Assembly: GCF_009834535.1 (NCBI RefSeq)
Contig: NC_045697.1
Location: 45,572,001-45,636,000 of the forward strand
From: Camelus ferus
Lineage: Eukaryota
Direction: 5' to 3'
Length of the DNA: 64,000 nucleotides
This document shows, piece by piece, positions 25,410 through 38,929 of the stretch. The translations under genes and the position numbers were made by a program. The number at the start of each line of letters is the position of its first letter. The stretch's first letter is position 1. Below the pieces are notes generated by a model. It searched no databases and was not told the DNA's origin. It was given only the letters and a program-made list of their open reading frames with translations.

Positions 25410-26075
25410 GGTTATTATAAGATATCGAATATAGTTCCCTGTGCTACACAGTAAATTCTTGTTGTTTATTTATTTTATGTATATTAGTTTGTATCTGTTA
25501 ATCCCACACTCCTAATTTGTCTCTCCTCTTGCTCTCCCCTGTGGCAACCATAAGTTTATTTTCTATACTGTGAGTCTGTTTCTGTCTTGTTACACACATT
25601 CGTTTGTTTTATTTTTTAGATTCCATATATAAGGGATAGCACAGAGTATTTGTCTTTCTATGTCTGACGTATTTCACTAAGTGTAATACCCTTTAGATCC
25701 ATCCATGTTGCTGAAAATGACCTAATTTAATTCTTTTTTATGGCTGAGTAATATTTCATTGTAGATATATTCTACCTCTTCTTTATCCATTCACCTGCTG
25801 ATGGACACTTAGGTTGCTTCTATAACTTGGCTACTGTAAACAGTACTGCTGTGAACAGTGGGGTGCATATATCTTTTCAAATTAGCATTTTTGTTTTTTT
25901 CAGATATATAGCCAGGAGTGGAATTGCTGGGTCATATGGAAGTTCTATTTTTAGTTTTTTGAGAAACCTCCATTCTGTTTTACATAATGGCTGCACCAAT
26001 TTACATTCCTACCAACAGTGTATGAGTGTTCCCTCTTATCCACATCCTCACCAACAACATTTGTTATTTGTAGAC
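25410..26075 (-). mobile_element. L1 3' fragment lacking terminal ~100 bp and poly(A)
   Basis: gaatatagttccctgtgctacacag, ggaattgctgggtcatatgg, ggctgcaccaatttacattcc. Confidence 0.9.
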
Positions 26076-27306
26076 ATATTTTATGCCTTTGATGTCACAC
26101 TTTACACTGGATATACATAACGAAAGAGCCTCAAGAGAAAGAACTGCATACAAATATAAGATGAGTTTTAGGATAAGACTAAATGAGAAAAAATAACGAG
26201 GAGATCCACCTTGTGAAATGCAGGAAAAGAATGAGAAAATGACCAAAACTTGATAGCTGTTATTGGTATCTGTTCTCTTAGGGACTAACGTGTATTTATC
26301 TTAGGCTAAGGAGATTTGTATAGATAAATGATCTTTGCTGCTTCTATTGGAATTACAAGATTAAAATTTCATTCTTAAAAAATAACAAACATTCTTTGGC
26401 TTAACATACTCTTTCTATCTGGAAGCTCTTGGCAATTCAGATTTTGTGAATATGAAAATATTTTGAACTATTGCATCAGCAACCTTGTCACTTGTTTTTA
26501 GGAATATTGAGATGTTCTTTAGGCTTATTGATCTTTCTGTGAGTAGTAGCAAATTCTGCACTGTAATCACCATAATCTTCCTTCATATCTGTGGATATAT
26601 TTCTAGATTTAGTAATTTTCCAGTCATGACTGTGTGACAAGTAAGGCTTTTCATTAAAAGAAATGTCAGCGTATTAGGGAAAGGAAATCATAATGGGTCT
26701 TGGGTCCCAGGAATCAGGCAGAGAAGTCAGAAATTAAAAACTGGGGCATAGGTATGTTGCAAGGGAGACTAGCTACTCCTCCAGGCTCAGGCATTCATTG
26801 TGCCTTGAGATGAAATGGCTCTGAATTGTGTAAACTAAAGAGATGTGTATATAGAGCCACACTATAAATGAGTATTATGACAAGGTTCGGGCAACATGAA
26901 GCTATGATAGAAGGGCATAATGCTGGAGCAGAGAGACTTCCTTCTCTGCTGCTATACCTGGAGAGCCATTACCAGAGTACCGGTGGAACTTTAGGTCATT
27001 AAAGCACTTTTTTTTAAGTGCAAAGAAGTTTTACTAGGCAGATGCATTAACAAGTTCTGATGGTATACTTGGTCAGTAAATGGGCTCATTTAGTTGTACA
27101 AGTCAGATGATTTGAGAAGGCTGGAGTTTCTGTGTTTATATCACAACCCTCTAGAAAAGGAAGGCACCTGAGCTGCTAGATGGCTGAGTTTCAACAGGAA
27201 CAATTTGTTGAAAGAGGGCTCCTTGGCTATTGAAGATGGTTTTGTGAGTTTGCATCCTTCAAACATGATATTAATCAAGATTTACCCCTTTGGGAACAGG
27301 TGGACT

Positions 27307-27822
27307 TGGTAGGCAGAATTCAAAATATCTTCTATGCTCACTACTCTTTGGTATTGCATCCTCAACGTGTCATATTGCTTGGCAAAAAGGACTTTACTAA
27401 TTGTCTGACCTTAAAATAGGGAGAAAATCCTGGATTATCCAGGTGGGTACAATGTAATCACAAGAGCCCTTAAAAAACACAAAAGGAAGGCAGAAGAGTC
27501 AGGGAAATTCAAAGCATGAGAAGGGTTTGAGGCATTGTTGCTGGCTTTCAGATAGAAAGGCCACGGGGACCTCAGTTCTATAACTACATGGAACTGAATT
27601 CTGCCAACAATCTAAATGGGTTGGGAGTGTCCTCTTCCCCAAAGCATGCAGAAAGGAACACAGTTCTGCTCACACCTTAACCTCAGTCTTGTGAGACCCT
27701 GAACTGAAAATCCAGCCACACCATGCTGGACTTCTGACCTACAGACAGTGACATCATAAATGAGTGTTATTTTAAGCTGCTAAACTCGTGGTAACTTGTT
27801 ACTCAGCATTAGAAAGCTAAGA
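27307..27822 (+). mobile_element. MLT1D-like MaLR LTR
   Basis: tggtaggcagaat ... tcctggattatccaggtggg.caatgtaatcacaagagccctt ... ggacttctgacctacaga ... ggtaacttgttactcagcattagaaagctaa. Confidence 0.85.
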
Positions 27823-28359
27823 GGCTAGGCAAAGGCTAATGTAAGGGCTTTGGAGTTACCTTAAAGGAGTACGTGAGGAGAAAATAAACATATTGTCACA
27901 GTTGGGAGGCTGGGATGGACCGAAGGCTCAAAATTTACTTTGAATATTAAAAGGAATGTGACCTCATTTTGTACTCGAGAGTGGTGAAGCAAGGAATAGA
28001 AGTTATAATTAGAATGTGATCAGGGAGAAATAACAAAAATAACACTGAAGCAACAAAGATCAAAGCAATGAGAATCCACATAGTAGAAAAAACAACCTTA
28101 GGAAGAAAGAGAAGCCAAACATTTCATAGCCTTTGACTTTTAATTGAATAGCTTTTTCTGTACATGCTATGGAAAGCTATCTTTAAAAAATGCCTGTCTG
28201 CCTCTGTCTTCCCGACTGTACAGAGTTAAACCGAGGAAAGGTGTGCTGGTTCTTCTGGGACAGAATTAAAATGGGAGCAGCTATTCATTGGGGCCCATCG
28301 TGGTTGATGGTAGTAAGGATCAAGGAGGGAAAACATTAAGTGAAAAGAATCAGAACTCC

Positions 28360-29420
28360 TCATCCAGCTCTCCTTCCTCATTTGACATACCTCCTTTGAA
28401 GACCTTCTTTATTCAAATAATAAAGTGTTTCATGTTTTATATTTACAAGTGAGACCATTACCTTATACTTGTCCCCCCAAATTTTATGCCAGAACTCTTT
28501 CCACTAGACTACAACTACTCAGTCTTTTCCTTTGTAAATGATTCTCCTTCTAATTCCTTTGCGATTTTTTGACAGTGAAACAGAAGAAACAATGTCTTAT
28601 CATGTTCGTGAGTCATGATTTGATGAACATGAGTCATTGATATCACCACCCACCCAGTCACCCAATCTAGAAATGTGGGTCACCTCAGGCTTTTCCCACT
28701 TCATCACCCTGCATCCTGTGTCTTATCAAGTCTTATAGATTCTAGCTCCTTAACTTCTCACATCCATGTGCTTCTCTCCAAATGCTGCATCACCAGTTTT
28801 TATGTGAATTAATACAATCAGTCTTCTCCCTTTTGTCTGCATCCCCTCTCATCTATCACCCTTGCAATCACAATTATCTTTAAAATTATCACATCAGATT
28901 ATTACATCCCTGCTGAAAATACTCTCCTAACACCAATGGCTTTCACTGTAGCTTAGCACATAGACTCTCCAAAAACTGGAAGCTGCTTCTCTGGCCACTC
29001 CATGCACCCCTGACCCCATATTTCTCTTAGGCTTTTTGCACTTGTGCATTTCTTTAAACATGCCATTCCAGGCCCTGCCAGTGCCTCTCTAACTGTGGAC
29101 ATGCTGTTTTCTTTGCCTGGACTTCCCTCTCCACATGTCTTTTTTCCATCTAGTTAAGTTCTACTCATTCTCCAAATCTCATATCACACAATACTTCTCA
29201 AGGGAACCAACAACCCTCAGCTAGCCTAATTTATATTCCAGTCTCTGGCGCTGAATAGATACTCACAGAAACTAAAGTTCTGTCCTGTAACAATTGACTT
29301 ACTATTCTGTCTTCTCAGTTAGCTTGTGAGCCCCACATGGGTAGGAACAAGGCTTTATCTGACTATTCCTAGAGTTTCTTGCAGCGCCTGGAACTTGGTT
29401 AGTTCCAACAAATGTTGATC
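28360..29420 (+). mobile_element. Degraded L2
   Basis: cacccagtcacccaatctagaaat, tcagattattacatccctgctgaaaa, cttgtgagccccacatgggtaggaac, caacaaatgttga. Confidence 0.65.
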
Positions 29421-29977
29421 TTCTCCCTCTGCTACCATGAGACCACCATGAGGGGTGTGACTTAACTCTCACCTTCAGCATCAGCTTCTTTTCTCTTGGG
29501 CGTACTGCCATCTTCTTCCTCCTCTGGTCTTCACCTGCCCTACTAAGAGCTTTGGATTCAGGACATTATGAGATACTCATACATTAGTATAAAATAATCT
29601 GTCTCTTCTTTCATTTGTCAATGTCATGCATCTCTGATTGTGAGAATGTATGCTCTGTCACTTCAAAGAGAATATATTTTTGACTGGGAGGTAAGGCAGT
29701 TTCCTGGCTCTCCTTCAGTCACATCACACACTCAGTAATCTCTTTTGCTTTTACAAAGCATAACTCTCTTGTCAATATGACAGGAGCATCAGGCATCCTA
29801 TTAGAAACTGAATGGCAAAGATCATTAATAGTTGAGTAAAACACACTGCATTTAAAAATCCATTGCTCCACCCTTAAGAATCTGGTAAGATATGCCTCTG
29901 ACAAGTATTTGAACTTGAATCATAATGACAAAACATAAAAAAGGTAAATTAGCGATATTTTGTTCAGTAGAGAGTGA

Positions 29978-30591
29978 AATAGTTGCTATATGATACAGCA
30001 ATCTCACTCCTGGGCATATATCCAGAGGGAACTTTAATTTGAAAAGATACATGCACCCCAGTGTTCACAGCAGCACTATTTACAATATCCAAGACATGGG
30101 AACAACCTAAATATCCATCATTGTGGTATATTTATACAATGGAATACTACTCAGTCATAAAAAAGAATAAAATAATACCATTTTCAGCAACATGGATGGA
30201 CCTGGAGATTGTCATTTGAAGTGAAGTAAGCCAGAAAGAGAAAGAAAAAATACCACATGATATCACTTACATGTGGAATCTAAAAAAAGACAAATGAACT
30301 TATTTACAAAACAGAAACAGACTCACAGACATAGAGAACAAACTTATGGTTATTGGTGGGGAAGGAGGGGTAGGGAATAAATTGGGAGTTTGAGATTTGA
30401 AGATACTAACTACTATATATAAAATAGACAAGCAATAAGTTTATACTGTATAGCACAGGGAACTATATTCAATATCTTGTAATAACCTATAATGAAAAAA
30501 ATAGGAAAATGGGTATAGGTATGTATACATATGACTAAAACCCAGAAATTGACACAACATTGTATCTGACTATACTTCAATTAAAAAAAAA
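29978..30591 (+). mobile_element. 5'-truncated L1 with poly(A) and TSD
   Basis: L1 ORF2 end and 3' UTR; TSD agagagtga at 29969-29977 and 30592-30600. Confidence 0.92.
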
Positions 30592-30824
30592 AGAGAGTGA
30601 GAAGATTAAGAGAGAATACACATTGAATATTATAAAGCCTCAGAGGAAATGAAAGGGAGGATATGTAGACTCCTGTTTGCCACAATGGCAGATACCAAGA
30701 GACTTCCTAAGCTTAAAAGTAATGGAAGAAATCCTAAAGGGAAACTTGGATCAATTTAACTCCATAACAGTTTAAAATATTTTTATGTCAAGAGAAGTCA
30801 AACAAAAATAAAGGCAAATAACAG

Positions 30825-31425
30825 GGAAGGAAGAGGGATTGGTTGAGGAGTTAATCACCACTGGCCAATGAGTTGATCATTCATGCATACATATGGCACT
30901 TTTATAAACACTCTAACCAGTGGGGGTTTGGAGAGCTTTTGGGTTGGTGAGCACATTCATGTGCCAGGAAGGTGGTGGACCCCAAACGCCACAGGATAGA
31001 AACTCCTGCATTCTGGACCCTTCTAGATCTCACCTTATAAACTTCTTCCTCTGGCTGTCTGTATCTTTTAGAAGATCTTTTATGATTAATTGGTAAATAT
31101 AGGTAAATATTTCCCTGAGCTGTTCTAGAAAATTATCGAACCTGGTGGGGGAAGGGGATGGATGGGAACCCCTGATTTTGCAGCCAACTTGGACAGAAGT
31201 GTGAGTACCCTAGGGACAGATTACTTGCAATTGGCATCTGAAGTGAGGGCAGTCTTATGGAACTGAGACCTTAAACCTGTGGAGTCTAACTCTGGGTATT
31301 TAGGGTCAGACTTGCATTAAACTGGAGGAGACCCAGTTGGTGTTCTGAGTGTTGGAAAATTGGTGAGGGGAACCCCCCTCCCACATTAGGTGTCAGAACT
31401 TTTGTGAGTAGAGAAACAGATTTCT
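30825..31425 (+). mobile_element. MER21-like LTR (3' part)
   Basis: ttaatcacca.tggccaatga, ggagagctttt gggttggtgagcacat, acttgcaattggcatctgaagtgagggcagtctt.tgg.actgag, ggtgtcagaa. Confidence 0.8.
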
Positions 31426-33239
31426 TTTAATCTCTAAAAGATACCTCTTTCAAAAATATAACTACTACAGTTTTTATCATACCTTAACATTACACTAATT
31501 CTTCAACACCACCAAGTACTCAGCATTCAAATTTCACCAATTGTTCTATTAATTTCTCTTTTATGTGTGGTTTACTCAACTCAGAATCCAAACAAGGTCC
31601 ATATTTTGTAGGAGTCCAGAGACTTCAACTAATGAAAGACAAGAGCCTTCAGGGACACTGAAATAACTTTGAAATAATGCTCAATAGTTGCAAATTGGTT
31701 AACTAAAGAACAGCACCATAAAATGTGATACTGACAGCTACTGTAACTGATACCCATGAAGAGTTTTCAGAGAGAAGATATAGTACTCATGATATAAGAA
31801 GATTGAGAGTTACATATATACAATAAAATAGCAAATAAATACATTCATGAACACATCTACACATACTGTTGACTACTTGCCAGTCATTGTCACTTTTGAT
31901 AGAACTTCTCCCTCCTTACAGTAACATCACAGTAAAAATGGGCAAATATGTTCTTGAATGCTTACTTGTCCCCTGGAGCAACATATATAACACGCATGCT
32001 GTTCTGTACATATCCTGAGACTATGATGAAAGGCAAAAGTAAAAGGTTGTAGTGGAAGGGAGACTGGTAGGTGTGGTGAGAGGTACACAGTTTCAGACCC
32101 AGTTGGATTCAATTCCAACTCCACAAACAGGTACTCCTGAGAATATCTGGAATCCCTCCCCTGGCTAACTGGGGGCAAACTGGTATTAGCAGTCCCCTGA
32201 AGACAAAGCTCTTAACAACCTAGAAGGAAGCCCTCCTTGAGCTGGTGATTTATTTTTCCTCCTTGGACCAGGTTTTTTTTAAGAAAAATGTAACTGTTTT
32301 GTTGCTCTTGTCCTTGTTTAGCAGGTAGCAGGCATGTAGCTGATTACACGGCACATGTTTGGCCTACAGTCACTGACCTGGAGAACACAACTTTGCCCAA
32401 TAGTTAACCTTCTGTCTCTCCCTAATATACATGCATGTGTCTATGTATGTTTTATATACATGTATGTTACATATGTTATATATATATGTATACTAACAGT
32501 ATTTATATTTATAATTTTAAAATATTCAAAAAATTCCCTATTTAAAACATTTTAACATTTTTAACACTTTAAGATTTTGAGTTGGGAGAGATTTTGATTT
32601 TCTCTTTTATGCTATATACTGTTCTATAGTTTATGTATTATCCACAAGGAGAACACATTATTTTTAAGTCCAAAAAGAGCAAAAGTGTTTCTTTTTAAAT
32701 AGAGGAAACAAACTTTTTATTATATTATGTGTATCAAATAGATAAATAAAATATATGCATTTTTTTGGGCTCCAAGCATCTGTCTGGATGTGATATGTTT
32801 TGTAAGATTCTATGAAAAATCTTGAAGTATAAACTGGGATTGATTTTAAGAAACAGAGCATTCTTGAATTTTTACCTGGGACATTAAGAATTGACATGAA
32901 ATCCATCTATAAACAGTAAGTTTTTGTTTTATTTTTAAGCAAAATATTTAAAATCATCCCTCAAGTTTTTAGTCATAAATTCATAAAAAAGAATTGTACC
33001 TGCTTTCTTATCTTTTTATATTTTAATTTTCAAGTAAAAGCTAATCATGTTTGCCAACTGTGTATCTCAAAATATATGTGCTATTCACATATGCAGAAAA
33101 TAATAATAGTCATTCTTCAAAAATAGTAAACAAAAATGGTACTCTTAGAAAAAGAGCATTATCACTGCTAATGGTATAAAGAATGACCTTCCTGGATAAT
33201 TTCATCTTCTCTCATTGTTTTAGCTAATACTTATATTTA

Positions 33240-34200
33240 AAAAAATTCCACACCCATTTCTCTGCCTGGACATCTCAGAGATTCAGAATTATATATCTAG
33301 CTACTGTGCTCTAGATATTCCACTGCTACTTTAAATGCAACATATCCAGAACTGAGTCCTTGATCTTTCCCCTGAAAAACTGTTACCCTGAATTTCCTAC
33401 CATACATTTGTTGGTACCTCCGTTTATTAAGACACTCATGTTTTAGATTTGAAGTTGTGCTTGCTTGACTTTCCCCTCTCTGCATAGCCCGTTTCCACTC
33501 AATTCTGCCACTTTCCCTACATTAATATTTCTCAAATTGGGCTCCTTGTCATCCTGCCTCCCTCCACCATTGCCCTAATCCAGGACCATAGCTTATCTGT
33601 CTCCTTGCCTCCTGTCTTATATCTATTCAATCCATCTTCAACACAGCCTCCAGGGTGTTGCTCATACTCAGATTTAACCACATTGCTTCCCAAGGCAAAT
33701 CCCATTCAATGACTCACCATCACCTATAGCATAAATTCTAAGCTTCTTAATTTGGTTTGCATGGCCCTTCATGTCTTATTGCTTCCAGTTTGAGGTTTAT
33801 GCTGCAGCAACCCTGAACTGCTAATACTTTCTCTCCTATAGTATGTTGTTTTTCAGTTTTATACCCTTGTTCATGCTGTCCTCTCTGCCTAAATGCCATT
33901 TCGCATCTTCTATGCCTGGAAACGCCTATGCATTCCTTAAGAATGAGTTCTGTCAGCACCTCCTCTAGGAAGCCCTGCCTTTTCCTCACATTAATTCTTT
34001 CTATATTTTTCTCCATAATTGGATATGCCCTAGGCATATTTATACAATTCTGTTTCCAAATTGTTTTATAACTGTCTATGTCTAAATTTTTATTAGATGA
34101 TGGGTTCCTTGAGGAAAGGAAATGTACCTTATTTATGTGCTATAAAATCACTTACCACTATGCCAAACAGATAGAAGGTTCATAAATAGAAATTTAGAAA
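33240..34200 (+). mobile_element. Degraded L2
   Basis: ccagaactgagtccttgatctt, caatccatcttcaacacagcctccaggg, ttccttgaggaaagga. Confidence 0.7.
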
Positions 34201-37200
34201 ATAAGATAATAAATAATGTGTGGGAGAATATACCAAACTGTTTTCTCCAAACCTAGGGATAAAGAATATGAGAACTGGGCTTGGTGCTTGGATTTGTCAA
34301 TGTGGGAGAAACAGTGTCATGAAAGTTTAGACTAGAAGGAGACAAATGTGCAATTAAATAAATAAGCAAATGGTTGTTGATTCATGAGGAACAGAATAAA
34401 GGTCAGGTTAGTGGAAGAAATTTGTGTTTTTTATAAAGATTGGGTTGAGTGACTCTTGATAAGAAAATCATATTTTATTAGTAAATTGGGTTTCATTTCA
34501 CTTGCTTTTAGAAAATCAGCCACAGCCCAGAATAGAAGACCTCATCCCTCCCTTAACCACATCTCAACTCTTCTCTTCTCAGATCCCCATGTATACCCTC
34601 CAAGGTATCAGAAACTGAGCCAGAGCTCCCCACTTACTGCTGCAGAAAGACATCATGGACATTCAGGGGACTTTTGGACATTATCAGTAAGCAACAAAAA
34701 GAAACTGGAGGTTGAGGCACCACTATTTTGCAGTGAAAGGTTACATATCCTAGGGCAGGCTGGCTCAGGGACACCACCTAGAAAGGAGCTAAAAGGAAGA
34801 TGCATTATGAGAAAAGAAAGCAGAGGAAGGGAAATTAGAGTACAAGAGGGCATCCACGTGGCATACCCTCTCAAGACCTAAGGACATCACGTGAAGATTT
34901 AAGTCATGAATACTGGCCTCTTCTGTGGTACAGGAAGGTTAGGTGCACTGACACTACAGTCTGGCTCATATTCCATATGACCCACCCCCACTGCCTTGGT
35001 TAGCACTGACTCAACTTGGTTAAGTTAGGAAATACTTTCATCTCTAGTGTGTATTCAACAGAAGAAACATAGATGAGTCAAGTTCAGAGTGAGGAGCTGG
35101 TAGTCCAGCTCCATATTAGTCTGATGGATATTGACAGATTCTGCTTAGGAGCTTACTGGTCAGGAAGGAATTTTGACCAGGATTATTGGTCTTGCTCTAT
35201 TAACTTGAAAGGGGGCATAACAGTGTAGAAGTAACTTCAGTGCAAGATCTTGATGTGGGGTTGGGAATGGGGAAGCACATCATGCAAGAGTAGTATTTTG
35301 CATAGAAGAGGTTTTGCAAGTCCAAATTTTTACTAAGAGTTAAAAAAAAAAAAAAGGTCAGACAATTCTCTAGGAGGGAAGTTACGTTTGTAGCCTATAC
35401 GGTGGAGCTGGATGGGGCATCCCAGCAGGCCCTTGTATCCTGGGGGCATGTCAAAATCCTTCCTATGCTAATGATCTGTGGTAGGCATCCTATTTTTGAC
35501 ACCTGAGGGAGTTAGGTTCATGTAAGAAAATGACAGCTCCCTTTGATCTTATCTGGATGGTGATCTTTGGCCTGGAATGAACAGACACATAATAAATTTT
35601 CTTTGAATGAACTTGATGTCCTGATTCTACATCAATCAGATAAATCCAGACTGAAACAACAGAAAATGATGCCCACCCAGTAGTGAAATGATCCCGACAT
35701 AACTGAATTTGTGAGTCATGAATTTGACTCAGCGGGGAAAACAGCTTCTCACAGAGCTTGGAAAATGAGAGAACTGCTTCAGTTTAAGTAATGGATAGTT
35801 CAACTTCACCTGAGGATCTCTTACTAATAGTTGAAAATGGAAAACATTGCAATAGCCTGAAACTATAATTGAAAGTTCTACCCACTTGAATTATAATGTG
35901 CTGAGAACTGCAGATGATTGCATTTCTGTCAGACATGATTGTGACCAGAGGCTAAATTCTTGAACTTCATGTACCACATTTGTCCAATAAGTTGAATTAG
36001 AGAGTTGCATGGTAATTCAACATGGTTATTAAAACATATGGAGGCTAAATACTGATATAATCCATTGGATTATAAACCTGAATTCTGGAATCTGGAAACC
36101 ATTCTAACTAGGAATATTCTGTTTTGTAATTTGCCCAACTTATAGCATGCTTTAGGAACTAACATTTAGAACTAAACGTGCATTTACTGAAATAGTGAGA
36201 AGAAAATAAATGCAGGTCCTCAGGGGTTTGGGTTCAGCGCCCAGTTGTGGAAACTACAGGCAGCCCCATATGACTCACAACCAACAGCTACACACGCCGC
36301 TATGTATGGGCTCTTCCTTTACCCTCCTGATTAACAGAGGGGCTCCTGCTGCCCCTGGACACCTAAGCCACCACCACAGTCTACAGATCTTTTACTTCCA
36401 CTTGGCTTCCTTACAGGCGAATGCTATAAATGGAACTTACATCCTCAGAAACCATTTCCCTGAACCGGGAGCTTGACCCAATTTTTTAGCAGTTGCTACT
36501 GAAGCAACCCCAACACTGCTGTGAGATTCCATCAGCCACTTTGCCCTCCCTCTCCACCTCTCTTTCACTCTTGGAGCTGTGATTGTGAAGCTTGTGCCTG
36601 GGTAGCGTAGGAAAGCTTCCCTTTTACCTGTCGGGTGGGGGAAATTTTGTTATTGGATATTATGTATTATTGGATTATATTAGATATTATATTAAAAATG
36701 TTATTATATTAGACATTAGGTATAAATATTAGAATTTCTAAAATGTTTTCTTACATAAAACTACTATTATAGATGAAAGATAGTTATCAGTTTGCCATGA
36801 AAAGTTTACAGACATGCACAAACACACGTACACTATAGAAGTAATAGTATCATTGAATCTACCTGACTTTCATATATAACATTCTTGGGAAAATACAGTA
36901 AATGTTTCTAATAGCCAGTTTGCAAACTTCTGGAAATAAATCATTTTTAAATTGGGGTCTACAAGGAGAAGCTAGATATGATTAGTCATAAATCAGATTT
37001 TATCATTTGTTAGCTTCTACCATTTTTAAAATGGTAGGAAGACCAGTAGTAGGAAGAAAATTTACTTTGTTATTCACAGCCATGGAAACTAGAAATTTAT
37101 CTCATAATTAGAGTCCAGGCATGTAGGAACAGAAGAGATATAGGCAAAATGTTTGTTATAAATGTGTTGCAAAATCAACTGAATCATCGTAGGCCAACTG

Positions 37201-38929
37201 GAGATTACTTTGTGTTACCCAGCTGCTTTATGCGTGCCATAGAAAACCAGGACGACAAAATACACTGACATTTAAGGTGAATAAATCAGATAAATCATGC
37301 TTGATTGGCACCTCCCTATCTTAAGAGGCTTTTAAAAAATACTTGCAAGGAGCAGAGCTAATGGTACAGCATGTAGCACTGAGCAGACATCACATTTAAT
37401 TCCAGTTTTAACTGTGCCATTACACTGGACAGGAAAGTACACCATTTCTTCCTGAAAATTTCTACATCTACACAGTAAAGCATCTGGAGCTGGTGATTTC
37501 TAGAGTCCCCTGGAATGCTACAATTTATGCCTTTGTCTAATGATTAATTTAGAGTAGCTGTGGTGAATGGATTGCTACCCTTGGAAACTGTGGAACAGAA
37601 AATTGTGTGGTGTATTCTGGAAGTTGTCTGTATCATGAAATGAGCAAAATAATCATTTATTGTGTTTTTAGAGCCTATTTATGCTGTGTGAAATCCTTCC
37701 TCAAAGCACAAAGGCTCCATTTCTTTGGGAAAAGTGCCATAGAAAGGAAATGAAAGCATTAGCCTGGCAACTGCTGGCAGTGACTATTAAGCTATTTGGA
37801 GGCTTGCTTATCTGAAGGTTAGCCAAAATACTGGTAAAGAATATGGGCTGGAGTTCCCTCAAACACAACATTTTATGTGAGGCTTCCAATACTAGTGTAA
37901 GTAATTACACAGAAGAATAGCTTTCCTTGCATTATTATGATATTTCTAATTCCTTTTCAAATCTAGAAACCAAAAGGCATTCAAAATCTAAAACAGAGAA
38001 AATATTACTATTAGTTTTTCTTTTACCAAAGATTGACATGAGAGTAGAATTTTGAAAAGTAATACATTTGAGAAAGGACTAAACTCATCCGTATTGACCA
38101 TGTCATTTCTTCTGTCCAGACTCAGGTCTCCTGCCCAGATCTATTATCTGTAAAATAGTATGTTGTCTTCCAACAGTCTCCAGGACATGGTTACTTGGGT
38201 GTGCCCCCTTCATCATAAAACACAAGTCCAAAACTTCTCATCATCTCCCCTTGAAACTATTTTCCTTGCCCATTTCTTTTAGTATCACACTGGCTAGAAA
38301 TCTTGGAGTCAACTTGGACTTTTCCCTTTCCATTCCTAATATCATTATATCCAGTTTGTCACCAGGCCTTTCCTTTCAGACAATTTCTTCCTTCCAAACA
38401 ATTTCTTCCTTCCAAATGTTGCTCATATTAACCATTTTCTCTCTTCCTACTGCTCATCACTAATGGAAAACACTGGATTACTTGATCAACTTCATAGCTG
38501 TTCTCCCTCCAGACTTTCTTTCTTCAATATATGAAACACGTTACTTCATCCCAGCATTCATTCCCTGTATTTTATCAGTTACCTTTTTAAAAATCAGTAA
38601 TAGTTCCATCTTGACTCTTGAATTAAGTTGTAACTTAGCTGCTCAGCTAGACTTTCAATGTCTTTTATAACTTATTTTCTCCTAATTATAGAATCCTAGC
38701 AACCTTATTCCCCCTTCAGTTAGAATTTTCTGGAACCTGCTCTGGCTGAATTGAAAAAATAAGGAATATATTAAAGTATCAAAGGAACAGTTCCCAGTAC
38801 TCACACAAGGGTTGAAAGTAGTTCACGTTTCCTTCAGCCAGATTGTAGATCGCACAGTATCTGGGTTATTGGGCAGAGTCTCTGCTCTGAATCTGCCACA
38901 ATATAGCTTGAAAACAAATGCAGAAGGAC

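Noticed and set aside
34456..34881. 141-aa ORF
   Set aside because: Non-ATG start, no recognisable domain and no splice support; likely a chance ORF, possibly in an old LTR.
35991..36021. Inverted repeat gttgaatta...taattcaac as an RNA hairpin
   Set aside because: A 9-bp AT-rich stem is expected by chance in 64 kb.
38380..38415. 18-bp tandem duplication giving FQTISS repeats in an ORF
   Set aside because: Local slippage duplication in degraded L2-like sequence; not coding.
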